A stretch of 29,508 nucleotides of DNA from Planctomycetota bacterium (GTDB lineage Bacteria; Planctomycetota; SZUA-567; H5-PLA8), in contig BTVV01000077.1 in the NCBI GenBank assembly GCA_045863855.1, positions 1-29,508 of the forward strand. Reading direction: 5' to 3'. Position 1 is the first letter of the stretch. Each line of letters opens with the position of its first letter. The notes beneath the pieces are model-generated. The model was not told the origin of the DNA. It searched no databases and saw only the letters and a list, made by a program, of their open reading frames with translations. Shown here one piece after another: positions 18,663-28,998 of this stretch. Position numbers and translations under genes: made by a program.

Positions 18663-19754
18663 TCATGGCTCGGCGACTCGCGAACGGGCGGTAGTCAGAA
18701 ACAGCCTTTGCGCCAAGATCCAAGCCCCTGCCGCCAAACCGATTCCCGCTACGCCGTCCGCCAGGTAATGCCAACCGGTCACGCAAGAACCCAGCAGCAT
18801 GAGCAGAACGTAGACCCACGCGCACCACACGACCCAGGTTCTGCTCTTCGCCAAAAAGAGCGCATATAGCGCAACCAATCCCACGTGCAGGGAAGGAAAG
18901 GCTGACATGCCTTCGTACATAAATACTCGATACTCTTCCGGGCTAGCGAGATACTCGTTGTAGCCGCGCCATACCGTCTCCTGAATCTTCCGCGCGACAG
19001 GCATATTTAGGCTTTCGAAAATTTCCGGGTTCACGAATACGGGCCCCAAGCTAGGCCAGACAAGCACCACCAGGATATGGGAGATCCACATCAGCAGAAA
19101 TGCGAAAAGAAAAGCCTGAGCATTGCGACGGTTCGACGCGAGAAGAAAGTATGTCACCAGCGGTAACTTAACGAAGTACCATGATACGTACAGCAGATCA
19201 AAAAACCGAGCTACCGTAGGAACGGCGAGAAGGCTCGACCGAGCCAACCCCGCTACTGGATCCATTCCCATGCCCAGTCCGCGATCCAGCCGGGCGAAGG
19301 CACCATCATATACTCGTGGGTTGACTGCGGGTACACGCTGCTGTAGGTTTGTGTGAATTACGGTAACTGCGTGAATGAGGACAATCGCAACAGATAACTC
19401 CAGTACCATTCTACCTATTGAGAATTTCGCTGTAGCGATTCGCGTCACTTCCGGCAGCGAGCGATTCGAGCGCTCCTCCCGCTTTAGCCGAAGATCCTCG
19501 CGCACGACAAGAAAGGCCAGATACATTAGACTCCAAAAGATTATCGTTCCCGCATATACTGCCAAACAAGAGGGAGCGAAAGCAGGAGAGAGTTCCAAGC
19601 GGAAACCCGCGCAGCATGCGATTCCGAAGGCACCGAGCGCGAAGAGAAACGCAAGGACCGCCGATGGAAGCATGTACCACGGCCACCTGCGCCAATACCT
19701 AGCCGAAAGAACCTTGGCGGATGGCGTGGTCGGATTACACCCTCCATCGATCAC
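18663..19754 (-). CDS. PAP2-superfamily membrane protein of Aur1/Ipt1 (PAP2_3, inositolphosphotransferase-like) type, up to 363 aa; start uncertain
   Basis: Polytopic. YDGAFARLD, WPSLGP, SAFPSLHVG (C2 His) and GWHYLADG (C3 His/Asp). Lacks the KxxxxxxRP C1 motif of plain phosphatases, as in Aur1/Ipt1-type proteins. Confidence 0.85.
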   Translation of the reverse strand: MIDGGCNPTTPSAKVLSARYWRRWPWYMLPSAVLAFLFALGAFGIACCAGFRLELSPAFAPSCLAVYAGTIIFWSLMYLAFLVVREDLRLKREERSNRSLPEVTRIATAKFSIGRMVLELSVAIVLIHAVTVIHTNLQQRVPAVNPRVYDGAFARLDRGLGMGMDPVAGLARSSLLAVPTVARFFDLLYVSWYFVKLPLVTYFLLASNRRNAQAFLFAFLLMWISHILVVLVWPSLGPVFVNPEIFESLNMPVARKIQETVWRGYNEYLASPEEYRVFMYEGMSAFPSLHVGLVALYALFLAKSRTWVVWCAWVYVLLMLLGSCVTGWHYLADGVAGIGLAAGAWILAQRLFLTTARSRVAEP

Positions 19755-19810
19755 GGCCCGCTCGAATAGATTCGCGGCCGAAACCGGTCCAGGGAGATGG
19801 AGCGCAGGGA

Positions 19811-21358
19811 GTGGATATTCACGAAGGTCATACCTTGCCCGGTTGGCTCGTGATCATTCTGCGGTCGCGCGTCTGGGCTCCGATTTGCATGGCCTACTTC
19901 GTGACCCTGCTTTGCTGGGGGGCCTTCGCACCGCCCGGCCTTTACGAGCGCGATGGCTATTACCATGCGCGGTACGCGCAGATTCTTCCGGAGCGAGGAC
20001 TTTCTCGGACGTTTCCCTGGACGCAAAGTAGCACTTGGCGGGATAATTTTTGCGACAAGGAATTCTTGTTTCACGTGCTGCTTATCCCCTTTTGTCGCAA
20101 TCAGGAGGATCCTGTCCAAGGCGCAAAAATATTTGCCGTGGCACTGGCTACCGTCGTTCTGATTGCGCAATATGCACTATTGCGATTACATCATGCGCCA
20201 TATCCTCTAGCCTGTACACTTATATTCGTAAGTCTAAGCGCTACGGTTTTGCATCGCTTGGGCATGATCCGTTCCCATGTGCTCAGTATTCTCCTTTTTC
20301 AAGCCGGCCTGCATTTTCTCCTGACCAACCGATGGAAGTCGATCGCGGCGCTCGGTTTCCTCTACTCGTGGAGCTACACGTTCCCGTGGGTGCTGCCTCT
20401 GACCACGGCGGTCTTTTCGCTAGCCAAGGGACTGGCGCGCGGCGGATGGTGTGCTCGGCCGCCATTGGCAGCGCTGGCCGGCGTGGCGGCAGGTTCGATC
20501 CTCCACCCGTACTTTCCTGGGACGGTGGAAAACCTGCTGACCTACCTCCAGGTGATAGACCTCAGCGCCACAAATCCGGTTCAGTCTGGCGTGACCTTGG
20601 GGGGCGAGCTATATCCTCTCTCCATGAGCGAATTCTTGATTACTTTTCCGCTGCTCATTCTCGTGTCAACTGGCTTCGGCTGGGCCGTTTTACGACTCCA
20701 AAACTGTCTTGCACGAGAAAGCACAGCCATGATCGGCGTCGCATGGCTGTGGTTCGTTGGCTGTTGGTGGATGCCACGCATGATCGAATACGCGGCCCCC
20801 GCAGCCGGACTAGCGGCGGGACTATTGCTACGCGACTTGCGGCCAAAATCGTACTTACCGGCCATGGAGGCCGGTCCGCGACGCGCGCGCTTCTTGATGG
20901 GCCTCGGCGCGGTCATGGTGCTTCTGGCGGCGGCACATTCAAGCGCCATTCATACTTTCATCGCGACTGCTGGAGAAGCGCCCGCCCGTCGCTTCTCCGG
21001 TGCCGCTAGGTGGATGAAAGAGAACCTGAAACCTGGTGAGACGGTCATGAACTTGTGGTGGGACGACTTCCCGGAGCTCTTTTACGACGCGCCCGAATTC
21101 CGCTACCTCTGCGGATTGGATCCGACGTACATGCTGCGATGGGACGAGGCGAAGGCTCTTGGGCTGGAGGCAATGCGCGCACGGAAGCGCGGGCTGGACG
21201 GCGCTTGGCTTGCGGACGCCTTCGGTTCGCGTCTGCTGATCGTGCGCCAGCCGAAAGCCGACGCCTACCCAGAGCTGAAGGTCGAGCCTTGGAAGTTGCT
21301 CTACCGCGACGACGCGGCGGCGCTTTACCGCTATGACGGTCCGGCGGCGGTGCCCTGA
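19811..21358 (+). CDS. Polytopic GT-C-fold putative glycosyltransferase with STT3/PglB/AglB-like motifs, ~515 aa
   Basis: Likely start GTG 19811, in frame with ORF 19721 and after a purine-rich GGAG/AGGGA tract; this avoids overlap with the divergent gene. ERDGYYHARYA follows TM1, about ten or more TMs follow, and the soluble C-domain begins WMKENLKPGETVMNLWWDDF. Confidence 0.7.
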   Translation: MDIHEGHTLPGWLVIILRSRVWAPICMAYFVTLLCWGAFAPPGLYERDGYYHARYAQILPERGLSRTFPWTQSSTWRDNFCDKEFLFHVLLIPFCRNQEDPVQGAKIFAVALATVVLIAQYALLRLHHAPYPLACTLIFVSLSATVLHRLGMIRSHVLSILLFQAGLHFLLTNRWKSIAALGFLYSWSYTFPWVLPLTTAVFSLAKGLARGGWCARPPLAALAGVAAGSILHPYFPGTVENLLTYLQVIDLSATNPVQSGVTLGGELYPLSMSEFLITFPLLILVSTGFGWAVLRLQNCLARESTAMIGVAWLWFVGCWWMPRMIEYAAPAAGLAAGLLLRDLRPKSYLPAMEAGPRRARFLMGLGAVMVLLAAAHSSAIHTFIATAGEAPARRFSGAARWMKENLKPGETVMNLWWDDFPELFYDAPEFRYLCGLDPTYMLRWDEAKALGLEAMRARKRGLDGAWLADAFGSRLLIVRQPKADAYPELKVEPWKLLYRDDAAALYRYDGPAAVP

Positions 21359-22362
21359 GGAAAGTAGAGCTTGCTGCGCAAATCCTCGCTGAGCGTTACG
21401 CGCCCTTCCAGCCGGCGCAGGCGGGCCTCGAAGTAGGCATACTCCTTGGTTTTGTCCTCGCTGAACCGATCCTGGAACATGGTCATGATGCGGCGGCAGC
21501 AGAAGGCTGCCTGTTCGACGTCGCCGATCCCCAGGGCTTGGTTGTAAGCGGCCACGTACTTCTTCAGTTGGAAGCGCAGGTGGTTCTGGCAACTGGTGAT
21601 GACCTCATCGGCCTTGTCCGCACGGAAGGGCTGCTTCAGCGCGTCAGTTTCGCCCCAGGCGTAGGCCTTAGCTCGTCGCATCTCCAGGATTGCCGAGAAG
21701 GCGTTGGCCGGGTCCAGCGTGATGTTTTCGAAGCTGCGCGTAGCGCGGCGGTAGTGGAGCAGGGCGAGGTCTCTATCGACAGGCGTGTCTTCCTCGAAGC
21801 TGCGTTCGGCCCAGTCCACAAAGTCACCTTTGCGAGGAAGCACCGACTTGGCGGCTTGGGTAACAAGGTCCGGTAGTTCGGTCTGAGTCTCAGGCGGGAA
21901 TGCGAGCACCACGCCCGCCACCACCGCCAGGACGACGGCGACCAGGATGAGATCGGGCGCCATCTCTTTCCAATTCGTGACGCGGGTGCCCCAGGATCGC
22001 TTGCGGACGAAGGTCAGCACCGTGCTGCCGATGCGGATGCGGTCGCCGGCGACCAGTGGATGCCCAGTCTGAAGTTGCTTCTCGTTCACGAAGGTGCCGC
22101 TGACGCTCTCGGAGTCGTACACCACGTACGTGTCGCCCTCGAACTGGAGGTACGCGTGCATGCGCGAGACTTGGATGTCGTTGGTCAGTACCACCGAAGC
22201 GCGTTCCGGATCGCTGCCGATGGTGATGCGAGCGCCGGCGAGCAGAATCTCGGCATTCGTCTGGAGCGACGGGCCTTTGAGCACGCGCAATAAGCACTGC
22301 GCTTCCGGAGACACGGCCGCCGAGGGATCGGCCAGGGGCGTATTCTGGACGGCGTCGGTCAT
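21331..22362 (-). CDS. FHA-domain bitopic membrane protein with a helical extracytoplasmic domain, ~343 aa
   Basis: ATG 22362 after GGAGGT. FHA pattern TIGS...QVSRMHA...DSESVSGTFVN...LVAGDRIRIG, then TM LILVAVVLAVVAGVVLAF and a helical/TPR-like C-terminus. Confidence 0.85.
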   Translation of the reverse strand: MTDAVQNTPLADPSAAVSPEAQCLLRVLKGPSLQTNAEILLAGARITIGSDPERASVVLTNDIQVSRMHAYLQFEGDTYVVYDSESVSGTFVNEKQLQTGHPLVAGDRIRIGSTVLTFVRKRSWGTRVTNWKEMAPDLILVAVVLAVVAGVVLAFPPETQTELPDLVTQAAKSVLPRKGDFVDWAERSFEEDTPVDRDLALLHYRRATRSFENITLDPANAFSAILEMRRAKAYAWGETDALKQPFRADKADEVITSCQNHLRFQLKKYVAAYNQALGIGDVEQAAFCCRRIMTMFQDRFSEDKTKEYAYFEARLRRLEGRVTLSEDLRSKLYFPQGTAAGPS

Positions 22363-22393
22363 GGACGTTGAACCTCCTGGCCGGTGATACCGG

Positions 22394-23284
22394 CTATCCA
22401 CCCAAAAGGGTCTGGTACATGCGAATGGCGATGGGGCCTAGAATTATCAGGAACATGCACGGGAAGACGAACAGAATCAGCGGAACAATCATCAGCGTGG
22501 CCGCCTTCTTGGCTTTCTCGCGAAGCTCCTGCATGCGTTTGTTCTTAATAAAGGCGCTCTGGTTTCGAAGCACCTCGACCAGCCCGGTGCCCATCTCGTC
22601 GGCGCGAATCAGCGCGCCGGTAAGGGCTGAGACTTCGGCCAGTGCGACGCGGCTCTTGAGCTTCAGTAGTGCTTCCTTGCGGCTGGCGCCTGCGCGGATG
22701 GCCGCCAGGATCAGGCGCAGTTCGTCGCGCAGAGGCCGCTCCGGAAATTGTTCGATGATGTTCTGGATTGCAAAAACGAAGTCGGCGCCTGCCTGTACGC
22801 TGAGCGTCAGCAGGTCCATCATGTAGGGTAAGTCCTTGCAGATGCTCTTCAAGCGCTTGGCTCGTGCGGCGCTCATGCGTGCGATCGGCACGTAGAATCC
22901 GAATAGGGCAATGGCGATGGCCATGGGGGGCGAAGGGTCGATGACGATCAGGTAGAGCGATCCGCAGAATACGGCCCAGCACTCCTGTGCCGCCAGGAAG
23001 GGCTCGAAGGAGTACTGCTCTTCCATGGCGCTTTCGCGAATCAGTTGGTCGATGTAGTTGCGGTAGCCAGGCACCGGCACGAAGGTGTTCACGTAGGCCA
23101 AGCGACTGAGCAATTCGAAGCGGAAGCGGGTCAGGCGCGACCGCGTTTGGGTGTCGCCGGCAGCGATGTCCTTGCGCTCGATGCTGAAGAAGATCCGCGT
23201 GAGCGCCATGACCATCAGGAAGATGGCCGCGAAGAGCAGCCAACTCGATCCGGCGTACAGCATTCCTTCCGAGGCGGCAGGCAT
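22394..23284 (-). CDS. tadC: Tad pilus inner-membrane platform protein TadC (T2SS F family), 296 aa
   Basis: DLPYMMDLLTLSVQAG...ADEMGTGLVEVLRNQS...EKAKKAATLMIVPLILFVFP; follows tadB. Confidence 0.92.
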   Translation of the reverse strand: MPAASEGMLYAGSSWLLFAAIFLMVMALTRIFFSIERKDIAAGDTQTRSRLTRFRFELLSRLAYVNTFVPVPGYRNYIDQLIRESAMEEQYSFEPFLAAQECWAVFCGSLYLIVIDPSPPMAIAIALFGFYVPIARMSAARAKRLKSICKDLPYMMDLLTLSVQAGADFVFAIQNIIEQFPERPLRDELRLILAAIRAGASRKEALLKLKSRVALAEVSALTGALIRADEMGTGLVEVLRNQSAFIKNKRMQELREKAKKAATLMIVPLILFVFPCMFLIILGPIAIRMYQTLLGG

Positions 23285-23287
23285 GCG

Positions 23288-24142
23288 TCAGTCCTCGATT
23301 TTCAGAAGTTCGTTGATCACGACGGCACCGATCAGTTCCAGCACGACGACGATCCCGATGATAAGGTTGCCGATCCAATGCGTGATGAGCGGCTCCATCA
23401 GGTCCGGGTTGATCAGGGCAAGGATGGCGGCGACGCCGAAGGGCATGGCGCCCATCATCATGCCCTGCAGCTTACCTTCGGCGGTCATCGCTCGCAATTC
23501 GCCGCGCAGTTCGATGTTGCGGCGGATGGTGTCGGCGATGGAGTCGCTCATCTCGGCCAAGTTGCCGCCGAGTTTGAGGCAGGTGCTCACGGCCGTGACG
23601 AACAGCTTGACCGATTCCAGCGGCACGCGGTCTGCCAGTTCGCGGAAGCCCTGCTCGGTGCGGCCCAATTGGATCTCGCGGCGCAGCATGCTGAATTCCT
23701 CGGATAGCGGTTCCTCCGATTCCTCGGCGATTTTGGAGACAGCCAGGGGAAGGGAGATGCCCGCTCGAAGCGTGCTGGACAGCAGCGACAGTGCTTCGGG
23801 GAACTGTTCCTCGAACTGGGCCAGGCGCTTGGCCTGCGCCCGGCGGCGGATGAAATAAGGCGTCACCATGCAAAGGGCGGCGAGCACCAGGCCCAGCAGG
23901 ACGCTGCCGAGGAATACCACGCAGAGTGTCGCGGAGAGGATCGCCAGCGCTGCTGAAAGGTGCATCTGCGCGCGCAGGCTGACGCCAATCAAGACGTTGC
24001 CGATCTGCTTGCGGGAGCGCGCCGAGAAGTAGGTTTCCTGCGACTCGCTGCGGAAATTGCCGACAGCCGATGCGGCAAGCCTCATCAGGGCGAACAGGCC
24101 CACCGCCGTCATAGCGTACATCCCCAACACCATGGTATCCAT
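23288..24142 (-). CDS. tadB: Tad pilus inner-membrane platform protein TadB (T2SS F family), 284 aa
   Basis: FEEQFPEALSLLSSTLRAGISL...EPLSEEF...GGNLAEM...ELRAMTAEGKLQG; directly follows the ATPase. Confidence 0.92.
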   Translation of the reverse strand: MDTMVLGMYAMTAVGLFALMRLAASAVGNFRSESQETYFSARSRKQIGNVLIGVSLRAQMHLSAALAILSATLCVVFLGSVLLGLVLAALCMVTPYFIRRRAQAKRLAQFEEQFPEALSLLSSTLRAGISLPLAVSKIAEESEEPLSEEFSMLRREIQLGRTEQGFRELADRVPLESVKLFVTAVSTCLKLGGNLAEMSDSIADTIRRNIELRGELRAMTAEGKLQGMMMGAMPFGVAAILALINPDLMEPLITHWIGNLIIGIVVVLELIGAVVINELLKIED

Positions 24143-24156
24143 GTTCGCTCCAGCCT

Positions 24157-26271
<2,115 letters not shown>

Positions 26272-26276
26272 GCCGG

Positions 26277-28538
26277 TTACTTCTTCATTTCCTTTTCATC
26301 CTTATCCGTATTCCGGTAAGGATTGCCCGGCACGTCGGGAAGGAGATGGATCATGTCCTCTATGCTGTGGGCAAGCTGGAAGTTTCCTAGCTGACCGTAC
26401 TGGGTGCGCAGGACGAAGAGTTTCTCCATCTGGAGCAGCGCCTCGTTGCGGATGGGGTCGTACAGGTCGAGAGCCGGCTTGGCCTCCTCGGGTGTGAGGA
26501 CCCGGGCGAGATCCTTGACCGGCGCGATTAGGGTGAAAGCGTCGGTCAGGAGCTTGGCCTTGGTACGGAAGGAATCGGGGATGCTCTTGGCCGCGGTGCG
26601 TTCCGAGGAGACGATCGGATCCGCCTTGTACTTGTCCCAGGCCACGCGCGCCTGCTGGACCCACCGTCCGGTCTCATCCTTGACCGTCTTCACAACCATA
26701 TTTTTCATGTCGGTCAGTTTCATGCGTAGGTCGGCGAACTCTTCGCCTTCGTACTCGACCACCAGCGTGTCGGCGGCCTTGATCACATCACCGTACTTGC
26801 AGGCCTTGAATGCGTTCTCCATGCCCTTGTAGTGGATGTTGAAGAACTGGCGGCGCAGGCTGCTGACCAGCGCCCCGGTCTGCTCGAAGTACCAGCCGTC
26901 GGCTTCCTTGTTGAGGTTGATCAGGAGCATGGTAGCTTCCTTGAGCAGGGCCATGTTGTTGGCTTTTGCCTTCATCTCCGTGAGATTGCTCCAGGCTGCG
27001 ACGATCTCCTTCACGTGCGCGCGCAGGACGATGGCCTTCTCAGTCTTGGCGTTCTTGAGCGCCTCCAGGGCCTCCGCGCCATTGCCGGCCAGGTACAGGC
27101 GCATGCCGACGCGGAAGTCGGCTTCTTGACGGATCTTGTCCAGCATCTTACCGGCTTCGGCCGCGTGGAAGTCGGTAGCGGCAACCTTCGAAAGTTCCTC
27201 GTTGGCCTTTTCGTAGTCTCCTTTATCGAAGGCTTGGGAGCCTTCGGCGAAAGCTTTGGCATTCTTCAGCAGATCGGCGGCATTGACGGGACCGGCAACG
27301 GCCGAGATCGATTCGGCGCTGCAGTCCACCAGTCGCGTAAGCGACTCGACTTCAAAGCCGACTTCGCCCACCTTGCGTGCGGTCTGGACGTCGTTCCACG
27401 CCTGTGTGGCGCGTTCCAACTGGTCCAAGATCTTACGCACGCGGTCTAGTTCGACTACGCAGCTCTGGTAGGCCTCCTCGACCTGGAGCAGTTCGCCCAG
27501 CACCGCTTCCTGCGCGCGGTATTTCTTGACGGCTTCCTGGAGGCTGGAAGCCAGTTCGCGGGCGCGGTCCTGGCTGATGGCGCCCTTGGCTTCGGCCGCC
27601 GACTTCTGGGTGGCCACGACGAAGGTTCCGCTGTAAGCCTGCTCGGAAAGCGCCAGGAAACGGTCTGAGGAGTTCTTGTACTTGTTCACCCCCGCCTGGG
27701 CGCGGCGGTAGGCCTCGGAGAGGTCACCCTTTACCTTGATCAGCGCCTCGATCTCGGCGTTTTCCTGCTCGGCTTCGATCCGCAACTTCCACTGCTTCAG
27801 CGTCTTGGCTCCCTCGTCGTCCAGGTTTTCCTTTTCAATCGAAGCGATGCGTTCCTTCAGGTCTTCGAGCTTGCCCTGCTTGAAGAGTACGTCGATCTCG
27901 CTCCAGTTCACCTCTACCGGCTTCGCCGCGAACATCGACGGCAGGACCAGTAGAGCCAGCAGGGCGACCGCGACGGCACCGAGCATCATCAGGAGCTTCT
28001 TGGAAAAACCGCGGCGCGAAGGCAAGATGATCTGGGCCGGTATGGGTACCTGCCGCGAAGGGGTGCCTAGCGACGCGGGCTGCGAGGCAACAGGCAAGAC
28101 CGGGACCGCGGCCTGCAGGGGATGGACCGGTTCGGACGAGGTCGCAGGCGCGGCGGGCGTGGGTGGCGACTCAACGGGCGGCACCTGCCCGATCAGCGTC
28201 TTCTCGAAGTCGGACGCGTTGCCGATCATAGTCTTCTCGAAATCGTCGGTGGGCTGGGCGTCGTCCTCGAAGGTGGCCTCGACGTTGCCGATCTTGATCT
28301 TGTCGCCAGCGCGCAGGGACCGGCGTGTCACCTTCTCGCCGTTCACCATGGTACCCACCGCGCCGCCCAGATCGTCCAGGACATAGGCGCCGCCCATCTT
28401 GGCGATGCGGACGTGCTTGCGGGAGACGGTGGGGTCGGTGAGCACAATCGTATTGCCCGGTTGCCGGCCAAGCGTTACTTCGCCAGCTACTACGACCTCC
28501 CTCGTCTGACCTGCATCGTTCAAAATCAGCTTAGCCAT
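26277..28538 (-). CDS. FHA-domain bitopic membrane protein with Pro-rich linker and large TPR-like helical extracytoplasmic region, 753 aa
   Basis: FHA TLGRQ...VSRKHV...DLGGAVGTMVNG...LRAGDKIKIG, Pro-rich linker, TM LLMMLGAVAVALLALLVL after RRGFSKK, TPR-like helices (FAEGSQAFDKGDYEKANEEL). Stops 5 nt before the tadA start. Confidence 0.88.
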   Translation of the reverse strand: MAKLILNDAGQTREVVVAGEVTLGRQPGNTIVLTDPTVSRKHVRIAKMGGAYVLDDLGGAVGTMVNGEKVTRRSLRAGDKIKIGNVEATFEDDAQPTDDFEKTMIGNASDFEKTLIGQVPPVESPPTPAAPATSSEPVHPLQAAVPVLPVASQPASLGTPSRQVPIPAQIILPSRRGFSKKLLMMLGAVAVALLALLVLPSMFAAKPVEVNWSEIDVLFKQGKLEDLKERIASIEKENLDDEGAKTLKQWKLRIEAEQENAEIEALIKVKGDLSEAYRRAQAGVNKYKNSSDRFLALSEQAYSGTFVVATQKSAAEAKGAISQDRARELASSLQEAVKKYRAQEAVLGELLQVEEAYQSCVVELDRVRKILDQLERATQAWNDVQTARKVGEVGFEVESLTRLVDCSAESISAVAGPVNAADLLKNAKAFAEGSQAFDKGDYEKANEELSKVAATDFHAAEAGKMLDKIRQEADFRVGMRLYLAGNGAEALEALKNAKTEKAIVLRAHVKEIVAAWSNLTEMKAKANNMALLKEATMLLINLNKEADGWYFEQTGALVSSLRRQFFNIHYKGMENAFKACKYGDVIKAADTLVVEYEGEEFADLRMKLTDMKNMVVKTVKDETGRWVQQARVAWDKYKADPIVSSERTAAKSIPDSFRTKAKLLTDAFTLIAPVKDLARVLTPEEAKPALDLYDPIRNEALLQMEKLFVLRTQYGQLGNFQLAHSIEDMIHLLPDVPGNPYRNTDKDEKEMKK
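28188..28244 (-). repeat. Two-copy coding repeat (33-nt period) encoding DFEKTMIG / DFEKTLIG
   Basis: Plus-strand copies gccgatcatagtcttctcgaaatc (28221-28244) and cccgatcagcgtcttctcgaagtc (28188-28211). Differences are mostly synonymous. Confidence 0.85.
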
Positions 28539-28998
28539 GGTGTATTACGGTTTCACGTTCACGAGTCCGATGCCCGCACCTGCAGCCGCAGCGTGCCAGA
28601 CACGCGCTCCATCGGGGACGATTACGACGATGGATCGCAAAAAAGTGATGCGACAGCGGGAGTGACGCCAAGGCGACGACTACTCCATGGCGCGGCACTG
28701 CGTACCGATTCTCCTCCGGTTCCCTAAAATTCTCCCGCATGCTAGGATTTTCGGCGGCTTTGCCAATTCCTGTGTTGGGGGGGATAGGGGACAACCATTT
28801 CCTTCTCCCGCATTACGACCAAGACCCCTGGTCCCTTGAGCCCCAACCTTAATGCCCGCTCGCCTCAAGCCCAGGACTGGGAAGCTCAACTTTTAAATTC
28901 CTTTCGTTCAACGCCTTGCTCATTGCCAACACACTGCAACAATAATCCTTACCAAGCCTGTGGACCCCAGAGGCTCGTCGAACGCAGGGCGGGGTGCG

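Noticed and set aside
19721..19810. Head-to-head coding overlap between the PAP2 gene and the GT-C gene as given by the ORF track
   Set aside because: An in-frame GTG at 19811 after a purine-rich tract removes the overlap, and the extra 30 residues show no recognisable feature.
28583..28770. Sigma-54-like TGGCA elements on the minus strand upstream of the Tad operon (near 28598 and 28765)
   Set aside because: The GG-N10-GC spacing required for -24/-12 promoters is not met in either case.
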